This document shows positions 9,739-19,011 of a stretch of 57,596 nucleotides of DNA, piece by piece. This DNA comes from Saprospiraceae bacterium (GTDB lineage: Bacteria; Bacteroidota; Bacteroidia; Chitinophagales; Saprospiraceae), in NCBI GenBank assembly GCA_023268675.1, contig JALQTV010000001.1, positions 1-57,596 of the forward strand. Reading direction: 5' to 3'. Both the position numbers and the translations under genes were made by a program. The notes under the pieces were generated by a model, which saw only the letters and a list, made by a program, of their open reading frames with translations, searched no databases and had not been told where the DNA came from. Position 1 is the stretch's first letter. Each line of letters opens with the position of its first letter.

Positions 9739-10956
9739 CTAGGACCATAATTTTGCCTGATAGGGATAACGCTCTTCGTATTGAGCTTTGACCATATCAA
9801 TGATTTTTTTTCGAAGCAAGTCTATATTTTCTCTGGTAACAGCCGATACGAGCACATTGTCATGTTCAAATGTGTGTCTGAGGTTTTCACTGATTCCGGC
9901 TTCAATTTCTGCTTTGGCAGCCTCATCCAGCAATAGATCGTAATTTTTTTCGCGGTATGCGTCAATCTTGTTGAAGACAAAAAGCGTTGGCTTCTCCAGA
10001 GCGTTCAGGTCCTTAAGGGTTTGGTTGACAGTTCTGATTTGGTCTTCATGCTGTGGATGGGCAATATCGACGACGTGAATCAGGATATCGCTCTCTGTTA
10101 CTTCATCAAGGGTGGACTTGAAACTTTCGACGAGGTGGTGAGGTAATTTCCTGATGAAACCTACGGTATCAGACAACAAAAAAGGTATCTGATCGAGTAC
10201 CACCTTTCTGACCGTAGTATCCAGGGTCGCGAAGAGTTTGTTTTCCGCGAATACATCGGCGGAACTGAGAAGATTCATCAGAGTAGATTTGCCAACATTG
10301 GTATAACCTACCAGTGCTACCCTGATCAGATCCCCCCTGTTTTTTCGCCGGGTGACGTTTTGCTGATCAATCTTTTCCAGTTTCTTTTTCAGCTGGCTAA
10401 CCTTGTCGCGCACAATCCTGCGGTCTGTTTCGATTTCTTTCTCCCCGGGTCCCCTCATACCAATGCCCCCTCTTTGTCTTTCCAGGTGGGTCCACAATCC
10501 GCGAAGTCTGGGCAGTAGGTATTGCATTTGAGCAAGTTCTACCTGCGTTTTGGCCTGAGCTGTCTGAGCGCGCTCAGCAAAAATATCCAGAATAAGGGTA
10601 CTCCGGTCTATGATTTTTACTTTAAGTGCCTCCTCCAGGATATTTACCTGCTTTCCACTGAGGTCGTCGTCGAAGATGACCATGGAGATGTCTTCGTTGG
10701 CATCAACAAAGTTTTTTATTTCTTCGAGTTTGCCCTTTCCCACAAAAGTACGGGTATCGGGATGGGGAAGTTTCTGTATGAATCGTCTGATGGATTTGGC
10801 ACCGGCGGTCAGTGCGAGGAATTCCAGTTCGTCCAGATACTCTGTTACCTGGGTTTCCGTTTGGTCTTTTTGAACCACTCCTACGACTACTGCCAGTTCT
10901 GTTTCCTTTTTAATCCCCTTTTTCTTTGATTCGCCCAGGTTCCAGTCGTTCTGCAT
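9739..10956 (-). CDS. hflX: GTPase HflX
   Basis: HflX N-terminal domain (FDDDLSGKQVNILE...ILDIFAERAQTAQAKTQVELAQ) followed by G1 GYTNVGKSTL, DTVGF and NKID motifs. Confidence 0.93.
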   Translation of the reverse strand: MQNDWNLGESKKKGIKKETELAVVVGVVQKDQTETQVTEYLDELEFLALTAGAKSIRRFIQKLPHPDTRTFVGKGKLEEIKNFVDANEDISMVIFDDDLSGKQVNILEEALKVKIIDRSTLILDIFAERAQTAQAKTQVELAQMQYLLPRLRGLWTHLERQRGGIGMRGPGEKEIETDRRIVRDKVSQLKKKLEKIDQQNVTRRKNRGDLIRVALVGYTNVGKSTLMNLLSSADVFAENKLFATLDTTVRKVVLDQIPFLLSDTVGFIRKLPHHLVESFKSTLDEVTESDILIHVVDIAHPQHEDQIRTVNQTLKDLNALEKPTLFVFNKIDAYREKNYDLLLDEAAKAEIEAGISENLRHTFEHDNVLVSAVTRENIDLLRKKIIDMVKAQYEERYPYQAKLWS

Positions 10957-10958
10957 AA

Positions 10959-12179
10959 TCAGTATTGTTTTTTAGTTTCAGGCCTCAGCCACTGAAGGGG
11001 GTTGAGGCGTTTTTTTTCCTGCCAGATTTCGAAGTGTAGTACAGGTTTTTGCGCAGCGAGGTTACCCAGTTTCATTCCGGGGCGTACTTCAGCTCCTCTT
11101 TCCACGAATATTTCAGTCAGGTTGGAATATACGGTATAAAAATTTCCATGTCTTACGATTATTGTATTGTCAAAACCCGGAATAAACTGCACCCCTACAA
11201 CTGTTCCCTGAAAAACTCCTACAACTGTTCTGCTTCCTGTGCTTTCGATGTCAATGCCATTGTTGACAATTTGGACGCTTTTGAGGGTGGGGTGACTTTG
11301 CTTGCCGAATTTTCTCAATACAAAGCCATCATCTACAGGCCAGTTTAATTTGCCTTTGGATTTACTGAATGTGAGTGCGGAAGGAGCCACACGAGGTTCT
11401 GTATTGGTATTTTCACTTGCGATTGCCCTGCTGATGATGTTCTCTATGAGGTTGTCCAGTCTTTTCCTGTCTTTTTCTTTTTGCTGTATTTCTCCCAACA
11501 GTTGTTTTTCATTTTTTTTGATTTCCGCGATCAGGGCATTCTGTTTTTGAAGTTCTCCCTCCATTAAAACTTTTTGATCGCGGATAGTTTCCAAAAAAGT
11601 CGCTTTTTCCTCTCTTATCTGACGTTGAGATTCCAAGAGTTGCAGCAGCTGTTGCTGCTTCTCTATCAGGAGTTGAGCTTGTTTTTTGCGGTACTGCTCA
11701 TAGGTTTGAATGTAGCGTATGCGTTTGAGCAAGTCATTCAGGGAGTTGGATGACAATATAAAAGCTTGCAACTGCTTGTTTAGTCGGAGGCGAAAAGCAT
11801 TTCTGGCAAGTATTCCGTAAGCTTGATCCAGAAGTTCGAGTTCGGCATCTATGGAGCAAATCTGATTGTCGAGGTCTGTCATCAGGCTGTCTGCCATGGC
11901 TAATTCCCTATTGAGGTTGTTGAGGAGTTCGTTTCGGTTTTCGAGCTGCCTGTTGAGCAGGGAGTAGTCGTCCAGCATGTTTTTTTTCTCTGTCCTTGTC
12001 TGCTGTAGCCGGGTATTCAGCTTGCTCAGGTTGCTTAAAATACGTCGGCGTTCTTCCTCGAGCGTAGCTCTGTCCTGTGCGAAAGTTCCCGCAGGAAGGA
12101 GGAGCAATAGTAGGAAGAAAAGATTAACGCATTTTGGTGTAGCGATCCGGTATCTCAAATTTGATGTCCTTTGGTACAT
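10959..12179 (-). CDS. EnvC-like murein hydrolase activator (coiled-coil plus degenerate LytM/M23 domain)
   Basis: Signal peptide, ~250-aa Q/E/L-rich coiled coil, and a C-terminal M23-like domain. NNGIDI replaces HxxxD and PVLHFEI replaces HLHFE, so two Zn ligands are lost. Start uncertain: ATG 12179, TTG 12158 or ATG 12215, all overlapping the upstream gene. Confidence 0.75.
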   Translation of the reverse strand: MYQRTSNLRYRIATPKCVNLFFLLLLLLPAGTFAQDRATLEEERRRILSNLSKLNTRLQQTRTEKKNMLDDYSLLNRQLENRNELLNNLNRELAMADSLMTDLDNQICSIDAELELLDQAYGILARNAFRLRLNKQLQAFILSSNSLNDLLKRIRYIQTYEQYRKKQAQLLIEKQQQLLQLLESQRQIREEKATFLETIRDQKVLMEGELQKQNALIAEIKKNEKQLLGEIQQKEKDRKRLDNLIENIISRAIASENTNTEPRVAPSALTFSKSKGKLNWPVDDGFVLRKFGKQSHPTLKSVQIVNNGIDIESTGSRTVVGVFQGTVVGVQFIPGFDNTIIVRHGNFYTVYSNLTEIFVERGAEVRPGMKLGNLAAQKPVLHFEIWQEKKRLNPLQWLRPETKKQY

Positions 12180-12912
12180 TGTATTCGACGTTGGAAAATT
12201 GCAATTCAAGGGCAATTTCTCCGGTTTCTCTGCTTGAGAGGTTCAGCCTTCGAAAATAAGAAAAATATTCCGAGTCGTTAAGAGGCTGAAAGTCGTCTTG
12301 TTCTATAAAAATTTTTCGCGCAGCGGCGGGGTCGTCAAAAGACATTTTGGAGAGCCTGAATGGGTCTGGCTGCATCCAGTAATTGGTTTTGACCTGGGCA
12401 TTTTCATTGGACAGACGATACAGATCAGCATCCATTTCCCATTGGTAGGGGCCCTTGCCAAAGAACACCGGATTTCCCCAGAGGATAGCCTGTATCATGG
12501 AAAGATCAGCGGGCAATTGCAGCATCTGCGTGACATAACTCAACGGTTCGATGGCGTATTGGTTGTTGAACCGATCGATGACATAGACAGAATCCCGGGT
12601 GATCAGTACGCGTGCAATTTCAAAGCCAATTTTCCGGACATTCATCCAGATCATGCTGTCTTTTTTGGCGTGTATGGTGCCGGAGAAACTCAGGGACTGG
12701 TTTCCATCATTGAATGAAATACGGGTATTGCCACTGAGCCAATCTGCTTGCAACTGGTTCTGAACGAGCCTCCTGAACAACCATTCTTCGTTGATGGTTT
12801 CCTCCTTTGTAAGTAGTTTGCTTCCTTTAGGGCTGCAGGAGGACAATAGGATCAGGAATAGCGCTGCACTTGCCGCTAAGAGGCGAAAAAAGAAAAGATT
12901 GTTGTTATTCAT
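12124..12912 (-). CDS. DUF4292-like (LolB-like) lipoprotein
   Basis: Lipobox LILLSSC. Size and position between a TPR protein and an M23-like protein match the conserved Bacteroidota TPR/DUF4292/M23 arrangement as I recall it. The start overlaps the TPR stop (ATGAATAA). Confidence 0.6.
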   Translation of the reverse strand: MNNNNLFFFRLLAASAALFLILLSSCSPKGSKLLTKEETINEEWLFRRLVQNQLQADWLSGNTRISFNDGNQSLSFSGTIHAKKDSMIWMNVRKIGFEIARVLITRDSVYVIDRFNNQYAIEPLSYVTQMLQLPADLSMIQAILWGNPVFFGKGPYQWEMDADLYRLSNENAQVKTNYWMQPDPFRLSKMSFDDPAAARKIFIEQDDFQPLNDSEYFSYFRRLNLSSRETGEIALELQFSNVEYNVPKDIKFEIPDRYTKMR

Positions 12913-14518
12913 AGAGTTTTTTATCTGCTATTTTTTTGGAAAGCCATTTGGAACCGCCATTGTTGAGTTTTTGTGCTTTGGTCCAATACTCCAATGCTTT
13001 GTCAGGTTCTCCGAGCCGATACCACACATCGCCATAATTTTCGAGGATGAGCGAGGACTTATCTCCTCCTTTTTCCAGAGCATTTTCCAACCACTTTTGT
13101 GCTTCAGGATAAGCTTCCTTTCGGGAAAAAAACATGGCGTACCCATGCATGACCTGCGGAGATTGGGGTGCGAGTGCCAGTGCTTCCTTAAAAGCGGACT
13201 CGGCAGCAGCCACATCATTCATATTTTGGAGTACTTTCCCCTTCGCTAATAAGACCCTGGGCAGTTGTTGTTTGTCCAGGCTGAAAATGAGTTCTGCTTG
13301 TTCGAGTACATCCAGGGCATTTTCAAAATCGCTAAGCTCGCAGGAGGCGATGCCATTGAAATAGTACACCGACCCTTTATTGGGGAAAATATCCAGGGCA
13401 AATTCGGTTTGCGTTTGCAGGGCAGCCCATTCTTCGAGTGCTTGCAAACAGTAAAACAGGTTTTCCCACACCATAAAATTGCGATCATCCAGTGCAAGGG
13501 TTTTTTCGTAGCGCGACCTGGCTTCTGCCAATTGTCCCGTATTAAAATAAAGATCGGCGCTGGCGGCGAAGGCTTTTGCATCATTGGAATGCACTTTTTC
13601 AAGCACGGTGGTTAGGCGTAAGAGGTCAGTAGCCAGTATGTTGTCACCGGTTTCGGCTACCTGTTGCAGGGCCGGCAGGATTTTGGCAATTTTAGCATCT
13701 ATGCTGATATCTTCCTTTTCAAACAATGGCAGCAGTTCAGATGCAATGCCTTCTGCTGCGGTATTGCTTTTTTCTTGCGCATTTGCTGCCAATGCCAGTC
13801 TTGCTTCGTCATCGTAAGGATCTGTTTGCAAAATTGCTTTATAAACAGCCTCAGCATCTTTGGTATTTCCAGTCTCTGTCAGGTAGGAGGCCAGCAGGTG
13901 CCGATAATCTGTTTGATAGGGAAAATGCTGGATGAGGTTTTCCAGCTCTTTGATGGCTTTTTTTTCGTTGCCCGCCATTACGTATAATTGGTGCTTGCGC
14001 AAAAAAGTTTCTGACTGAGGGCCTGCGGTTTTTTCCCAGTCATCGTACACTTTGATAGCGGCTGTGGGCTCATCATTTTGGATCAACATGAGTGCTTCCC
14101 TGAAGTAGTAATCTTTTTCTCTCGGAAAATCTTTCCGGAGGAGAGCGTAGTTAGCGGCTGCTTCGGAAAAGCGACCAAGCTGTTCCAGGTGTAGTGCCAG
14201 TGTCTCCCGGTACCAATGATTTGCAGGATTGATCCGAATGGCTTCCTCGAGCAGAGGAATGCTTTTTTCCGGTTCTTCCCTGGCTACATAGATTCGGGCC
14301 ATTTCATACAACAGGGCATCTTCTTCTTTTTTTTGTGCACGCAACTCTTCCAGAATAGCCAGGGCTTTGTCGTAATTGCCCAGTAGTTTTTCGCGGTTTG
14401 CTTCAATCAGTTTTTTTTGAAGGTCCACATCAGTCTGAGCTACTCTGCCCTGAGCTTGCAGTGGAAGTCCGGAAAGCATAAAAAGCAGGGCAAACAGCAG
14501 GGAAAAAACTCTGTTCAT
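12905..14518 (-). CDS. Secreted TPR-repeat protein
   Basis: Signal peptide MNRVFSLLFALLFMLSGLPLQAQG (start moved to the ATG at 14518), followed by many TPR-like repeats across ~530 aa. Confidence 0.75.
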   Translation of the reverse strand: MNRVFSLLFALLFMLSGLPLQAQGRVAQTDVDLQKKLIEANREKLLGNYDKALAILEELRAQKKEEDALLYEMARIYVAREEPEKSIPLLEEAIRINPANHWYRETLALHLEQLGRFSEAAANYALLRKDFPREKDYYFREALMLIQNDEPTAAIKVYDDWEKTAGPQSETFLRKHQLYVMAGNEKKAIKELENLIQHFPYQTDYRHLLASYLTETGNTKDAEAVYKAILQTDPYDDEARLALAANAQEKSNTAAEGIASELLPLFEKEDISIDAKIAKILPALQQVAETGDNILATDLLRLTTVLEKVHSNDAKAFAASADLYFNTGQLAEARSRYEKTLALDDRNFMVWENLFYCLQALEEWAALQTQTEFALDIFPNKGSVYYFNGIASCELSDFENALDVLEQAELIFSLDKQQLPRVLLAKGKVLQNMNDVAAAESAFKEALALAPQSPQVMHGYAMFFSRKEAYPEAQKWLENALEKGGDKSSLILENYGDVWYRLGEPDKALEYWTKAQKLNNGGSKWLSKKIADKKLYE

Positions 14519-14640
14519 GGTTGTTTTTTTGTAAAAGGCATATAGCCCTGCAGTACATACTACAGGGCAATGGCTAAAGTTCTGATTTTTTGAACAGATA
14601 GTCAACCGCACCGGTTCAACGCGATTGCAACAATCTTATG

Positions 14641-16074
14641 CTATTCAATAACGGTGACCTTAAGCATATTGGTTCTGTGCCTGTTTTGAATAGGCATGCT
14701 ACCGGTATTTACAATGACATCTCCGGTTTCGACCTTGCCGGCTGCTTTGAGCAGGTGATTGACATCCGTAATTGACTCATCAGTTGAGGCAAAGCGGTCG
14801 TAGTAGAAGCAGCGCACGCCCCACACCAGGTTGAGCGTTGCCAGCATGTGCATTTGATCGGAGAAGATATAGATGAATGCTTTGGGGCGGTAACTGGATA
14901 CTTTGAAGGCTGTATAGCCGGAACTGGTCATACCAACGATGGCTTTGGCACCAATTTCTTCAGCTGTTTTAGCGGCATTGAAGCAAATCGCATCTGACAG
15001 GAAGGTGCGGGATCTTTCTGCAGGTTTTGGACGATGGGCATCAAACTGGAAGTGGAGTTCTGTTTCTTCGATAATGCGGGACATGGCTTCCACTACTTTC
15101 GCGGGATGTATGCCTACTGAGGTCTCTCCACTCAACATGACAGCGTCTGCTCCGTCAAGTACAGCATTGGCTACGTCGGTAATCTCCGCACGGGTGGGCG
15201 AAGGATTGGTAATCATGCTCTCCATCATCTGAGTGGCAACAATAACAGGTCGTGCTCTCTGAATGCACTTTTTGATGATGTCTTTCTGGATACTGGGCAG
15301 TTTTTCCATGGGAACTTCAATGCCCAGGTCACCACGGGCAACCATGATTGCGTTGGAGTGCTTGATAATTTTATCGATGCGTTCTACTGCCTCGGGTTTT
15401 TCAATCTTGGCAATAATTTTGGCAGGGTGGTTTGCTGCAGCGATGCGATCACTCAGATCTTTAAGGTCTTTGGGAGAGCGGACAAAAGAAAGTGCGATCC
15501 AGTTGACCGGCTGGGTCAGGATAAAATCCAGATCATGCAGGTCTTTTTCTGTAAGGCAGGGAAGAGATATTTTGGTGTTGGGCAGGTTGACTCCTTTGTT
15601 GGAAGAAAGCTTGCCTCCAAACTTGACAACAAGTTTTACTGTATCCTTGCCGTTTGTTTCGACTACTTCGAGTACCAGTTTGCCATCATCAATGAGCACG
15701 GTTTCTCCCGCCTCAACATCCATGGGAAAACTTTCATAACTCATGTAGATTTTTTCTTTGGTTCCCACACACTTTTCATTGACAAAGGTCAGGATATCGC
15801 CGGGAGCTACATCTATGCTACCATTTTCAATTTTTCCTACGCGGAGTTTTGGTCCCTGAAGGTCAGCAAGGATCCCTATGTGCAGGCCGTGTTTTTGGTT
15901 GATATAGGTGATCCTGTTGATAACTTCCAGATGCTCTTCATGAGAACTGTGAGAAAAATTGAGGCGGAAAATATCTACTCCGGCTTCGACCAGCCCCAGT
16001 AGGTTTTCATAAGAACTGGATGCCGGGCCTACCGTGGCAATTATTTTAGTATTGGATTGATCTTTAATTTGCAT
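14641..16074 (-). CDS. pyk: Pyruvate kinase
   Basis: TKIIATVGPAS, FRLNFSHS, LADLQGPKLR, MVARGDLGIEVP and VATQMMESM are canonical pyruvate kinase blocks. Confidence 0.95.
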   Translation of the reverse strand: MQIKDQSNTKIIATVGPASSSYENLLGLVEAGVDIFRLNFSHSSHEEHLEVINRITYINQKHGLHIGILADLQGPKLRVGKIENGSIDVAPGDILTFVNEKCVGTKEKIYMSYESFPMDVEAGETVLIDDGKLVLEVVETNGKDTVKLVVKFGGKLSSNKGVNLPNTKISLPCLTEKDLHDLDFILTQPVNWIALSFVRSPKDLKDLSDRIAAANHPAKIIAKIEKPEAVERIDKIIKHSNAIMVARGDLGIEVPMEKLPSIQKDIIKKCIQRARPVIVATQMMESMITNPSPTRAEITDVANAVLDGADAVMLSGETSVGIHPAKVVEAMSRIIEETELHFQFDAHRPKPAERSRTFLSDAICFNAAKTAEEIGAKAIVGMTSSGYTAFKVSSYRPKAFIYIFSDQMHMLATLNLVWGVRCFYYDRFASTDESITDVNHLLKAAGKVETGDVIVNTGSMPIQNRHRTNMLKVTVIE

Positions 16075-16381
16075 CGGTTGATTTTTAAGCTAAGTGTAAA
16101 AAACACAATAATTAGGTTGGGTAAAATTAAATTAAAAAGAGCGCATTAACAAAGCAGCTAAATTAAAGAATGTTAATACTCCTGCAGAATATTTTTTTTG
16201 CCAGCGAATTTTTGCTGGAATAGAGGGCAAAGCAATAAAGGAGGGATTATTTTTTTGGCGCAAGCCTGAAATTACTACCTGGGGAGGATGCACGGGGGAA
16301 AAAAAGAATTAAAAACTTTGGTTATCATTAATCTTCTACTTTATTTTGCAGGAACATTCGTAAACCATTAAACGAATAGTC

Positions 16382-16621
16382 ATGTCTAACATTGCAGAAA
16401 GAGTAAGTAAAATCATCGTTGACAAATTGAGTGTTGACGAATCTGAGGTGACACCGGAGGCAAGCTTTACTAATGATTTAGGAGCTGATTCTTTGGACAC
16501 AGTCGAGCTAATCATGGAATTTGAAAAAGAATTTGACGTTTCAATTCCTGACGAAGAGGCTGAAAATATCCAGACCGTAGGTCAGGCGATTGATTATTTG
16601 GAAAATGCTTCAAAAGCCTAA
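16382..16621 (+). CDS. acpP: Acyl carrier protein
   Basis: 79 aa with the phosphopantetheine-attachment motif [16 protein letters not shown]. Confidence 0.95.
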   Translation: MSNIAERVSKIIVDKLSVDESEVTPEASFTNDLGADSLDTVELIMEFEKEFDVSIPDEEAENIQTVGQAIDYLENASKA

Positions 16622-16655
16622 GAGGAGCCCTCAAATTGCCCTCTACTTCTCTCTA

Positions 16656-16686
16656 CTACAAATCCGGAAATTTTCCGGATTTGTAG
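16656..16686 (+). terminator. Hairpin between acpP and fabF (likely partial terminator/attenuator)
   Basis: CTACAAATCCGG (16656-16667) pairs with CCGGATTTGTAG (16675-16686) around the loop AAATTTT, followed by TTCTT. It lies 35 nt after the acpP stop. Confidence 0.45.
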
Positions 16687-16759
16687 TTCTTAATCAGATT
16701 TGGACCAGGCCTCATACGTTGCTCTCCGCTTCAGGTCCATTCATTCCTAATCAAAGTAT

Positions 16760-18007
16760 ATGAAAAGAGTCGTTGTTACAGGATTAGGTGCGCTCACTCC
16801 AATTGGAAATACCCTCACTGCTTATCTGGAAGGTCTCCAAAAAGGTATCAGCGGTGCCAATCCAATCACCCATTTCGATGCTTCTGAATTCAAAACCCAT
16901 TTTGCCTGCGAAATAAAAAATTTTGACCCGGGTACTGTCATTGACAAACGAGAGGTCCGCAGAATGGATAATTTCTCAGTCTATGCCATGGTGGCAGCAC
17001 AGGAAGCTTTCGAAGATTCCGGCCTGGATGTAGAAAAAATAGATCCGGACAGAGCGGGTGTAATATGGGGTTCAGGTATAGGTGGATTGCGTTCTCTTGA
17101 AAAAGAAATTGAAGATTTCACAACAGGAGATGGCACACCCCGCTACAACCCGTTTATGATCCCCAAGATGATTTCGGATATTGCAGCCGGACTCATTTCT
17201 ATTAAATATGGTTTCAGAGGAGTAAATTATGCTACAGTCTCTGCTTGTGCTTCGGCGTCACATGCGCTGATTAGTTCGCTCGATGCCATTCGTCTGGGGC
17301 GCTGCGACGTAATGATCACAGGAGGGTCAGAAGCAGCAGTTACCAAAGCCGGTGTGGGGGGCTTCAATGCAATGAAAGCACTTTCTACCCGGAATGACGA
17401 TTACCTTACGGCTTCTCGTCCATTTGACTTGGATAGAGATGGTTTTGTACTGGGTGAAGGTGGTGGCGGATTGATCCTGGAAGAATTGGAGCACGCCCAA
17501 AAGCGCGGAGCTAAAATATATGCTGAAGTAGTCGGAGGTGGTGCTACAGCGGATGCTTATCACATTACTGCTCCACACCCGGAAGGATTGGGTGCGACCA
17601 ACGTCATGCGTATGGCATTGCGCGATGCAGGATTGAACCCTGAAGACATTTCTTATGTAAACGTCCACGGTACTTCTACCCCACTTGGAGACATTGCCGA
17701 GGTAAAAGCGATTCAACAGGTTTTTGGTGATCATGCCTACAAGCTGAATATCAGTTCTACCAAATCTATGACAGGACACCTGCTCGGAGCTGCGGGAGCG
17801 ATTGAGGCTATTGCAGGAATACTTGCTATTAACCACAAATTTATACCGCCAACAATCAATCATTTTACGGATGACCCCGGGCTGGATCCCAAGTTGAATT
17901 TTACTTTCAACGAGGCTCAGGAAAGGGAAGTAAAAGCTATTCTTAGCAATACTTTTGGTTTCGGTGGCCATAACTCTTCTGTTATCATTAAGCGTTTCGA
18001 AGATTAA
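16760..18007 (+). CDS. fabF: Beta-ketoacyl-ACP synthase II
   Basis: VSACASASHA (active-site Cys), VNVHGTSTPLGD, SSTKSMTGHLLGAAG and FGFGGHN motifs; 415 aa. Confidence 0.95.
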   Translation: MKRVVVTGLGALTPIGNTLTAYLEGLQKGISGANPITHFDASEFKTHFACEIKNFDPGTVIDKREVRRMDNFSVYAMVAAQEAFEDSGLDVEKIDPDRAGVIWGSGIGGLRSLEKEIEDFTTGDGTPRYNPFMIPKMISDIAAGLISIKYGFRGVNYATVSACASASHALISSLDAIRLGRCDVMITGGSEAAVTKAGVGGFNAMKALSTRNDDYLTASRPFDLDRDGFVLGEGGGGLILEELEHAQKRGAKIYAEVVGGGATADAYHITAPHPEGLGATNVMRMALRDAGLNPEDISYVNVHGTSTPLGDIAEVKAIQQVFGDHAYKLNISSTKSMTGHLLGAAGAIEAIAGILAINHKFIPPTINHFTDDPGLDPKLNFTFNEAQEREVKAILSNTFGFGGHNSSVIIKRFED

Positions 18008-18024
18008 ACGCTTCTCTAATCCCT

Positions 18025-18064
18025 GTGCCATATTGCCGATAAGATAAATAAGGCAATATGGCAC
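18025..18064 (+). other. Perfect 13-bp stem hairpin downstream of fabF and upstream of rnc
   Basis: GTGCCATATTGCC (18025-18037) pairs with GGCAATATGGCAC (18052-18064) around a 14-nt A-rich loop. No U-tract follows. Confidence 0.5.
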
Positions 18065-18264
18065 ACCCGGGATGCTCCCTTCTGACCGCACTATTTTTTC
18101 TTTGGCTTAATTAAAATATCAAAGGCTTTTCATGTACTTTTGGGGGCTATGATGTGGCTAGAAGCTATCTCAATATTGTTTTGAACCCAAAGGATAATTT
18201 TGAGCTATCATTCTAAATGCTTTCGTCAGTCATGTCGCTTTCAGTTTAATTCAATCAAATTACC

Positions 18265-19011
18265 TTGCGCTTTATATTCAGACTATATAATAGGTACTTT
18301 TCGCCGGACCGTGATTTTGCCGGAAAGATCAGAACGCTGATCGGATTCACTCCCGTAAATATGGGGATATTCAAACTAGCCTTTTCGCATAAATCTACCG
18401 CCTCGGACAAGGCTTATGCAGCGCAAAACAACGAACGACTGGAATACCTGGGAGATGCGGTACTGGGTACCATTGTAGCAGAATACCTTTTTCAGAAATA
18501 TCCCAACAGCAATGAGGGATTCCTGACAAAAATGCGCTCCAAAATTGTCAAACGCAAAGCGTTGAACAAAATAGGGGATAAAATGGGACTGGATGTATTG
18601 CTCCAGGAGTACAATCAGATGCGACTCAGCAGATCCATGCTGGGCAATGCAGTCGAGGCACTTGTGGGGGCTATCTATCTGGAAAAAGGCTACGAAGGAA
18701 CCCGGCAGTTTGTGGTGCAAAAAATGCTGAGAAGCTACATCAACATTCACGAACTGGAAAGCTACGATGATAACTTTAAAAGCCAACTGCTGGAATGGTG
18801 TCAGAAAAATAACCAAACCATCAGCTACAAACTACTCGCCCGATACAAACTCGAAAAAAGAGATCGCTTCAAGGTGGCTGTGTTGGTCAATGGGGAGAGA
18901 GTAGCTACCGCAGATGATTTCAATAAAAAAGCGGCTGAACAGACTGCCTCAGAGAAGGCAATGCTCCAGCTGGGAATCATTGCTGAAGAATACGACGATG
19001 ACGGAGATTGA
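18265..19011 (+). CDS. rnc: Ribonuclease III
   Basis: NERLEYLGDAVL signature and a C-terminal dsRBD (FKSQLLEWCQK...KKAAEQTASEKA). The ORF opens with TTG at 18265 and the first ATG is at 18361, so the start is uncertain. Confidence 0.9.
   Translation: MRFIFRLYNRYFSPDRDFAGKIRTLIGFTPVNMGIFKLAFSHKSTASDKAYAAQNNERLEYLGDAVLGTIVAEYLFQKYPNSNEGFLTKMRSKIVKRKALNKIGDKMGLDVLLQEYNQMRLSRSMLGNAVEALVGAIYLEKGYEGTRQFVVQKMLRSYINIHELESYDDNFKSQLLEWCQKNNQTISYKLLARYKLEKRDRFKVAVLVNGERVATADDFNKKAAEQTASEKAMLQLGIIAEEYDDDGD

Noticed and set aside
16075-16381. Structured RNA in the 307-nt pyk/acpP divergent spacer
   Set aside because: Only one weak 5-bp hairpin (CCAGC/GCTGG) and A/T tracts are visible. This is consistent with two divergent promoters, and no confident -7 box TAnnTTTG was found.
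18914-18997. N-terminal extension of the post-rnc ORF (MISIKKRLNRLPQRRQ...)
   Set aside because: This part lies out of frame inside the conserved dsRBD-coding end of rnc. The ATG at 18998 or 19067 is the more plausible start.
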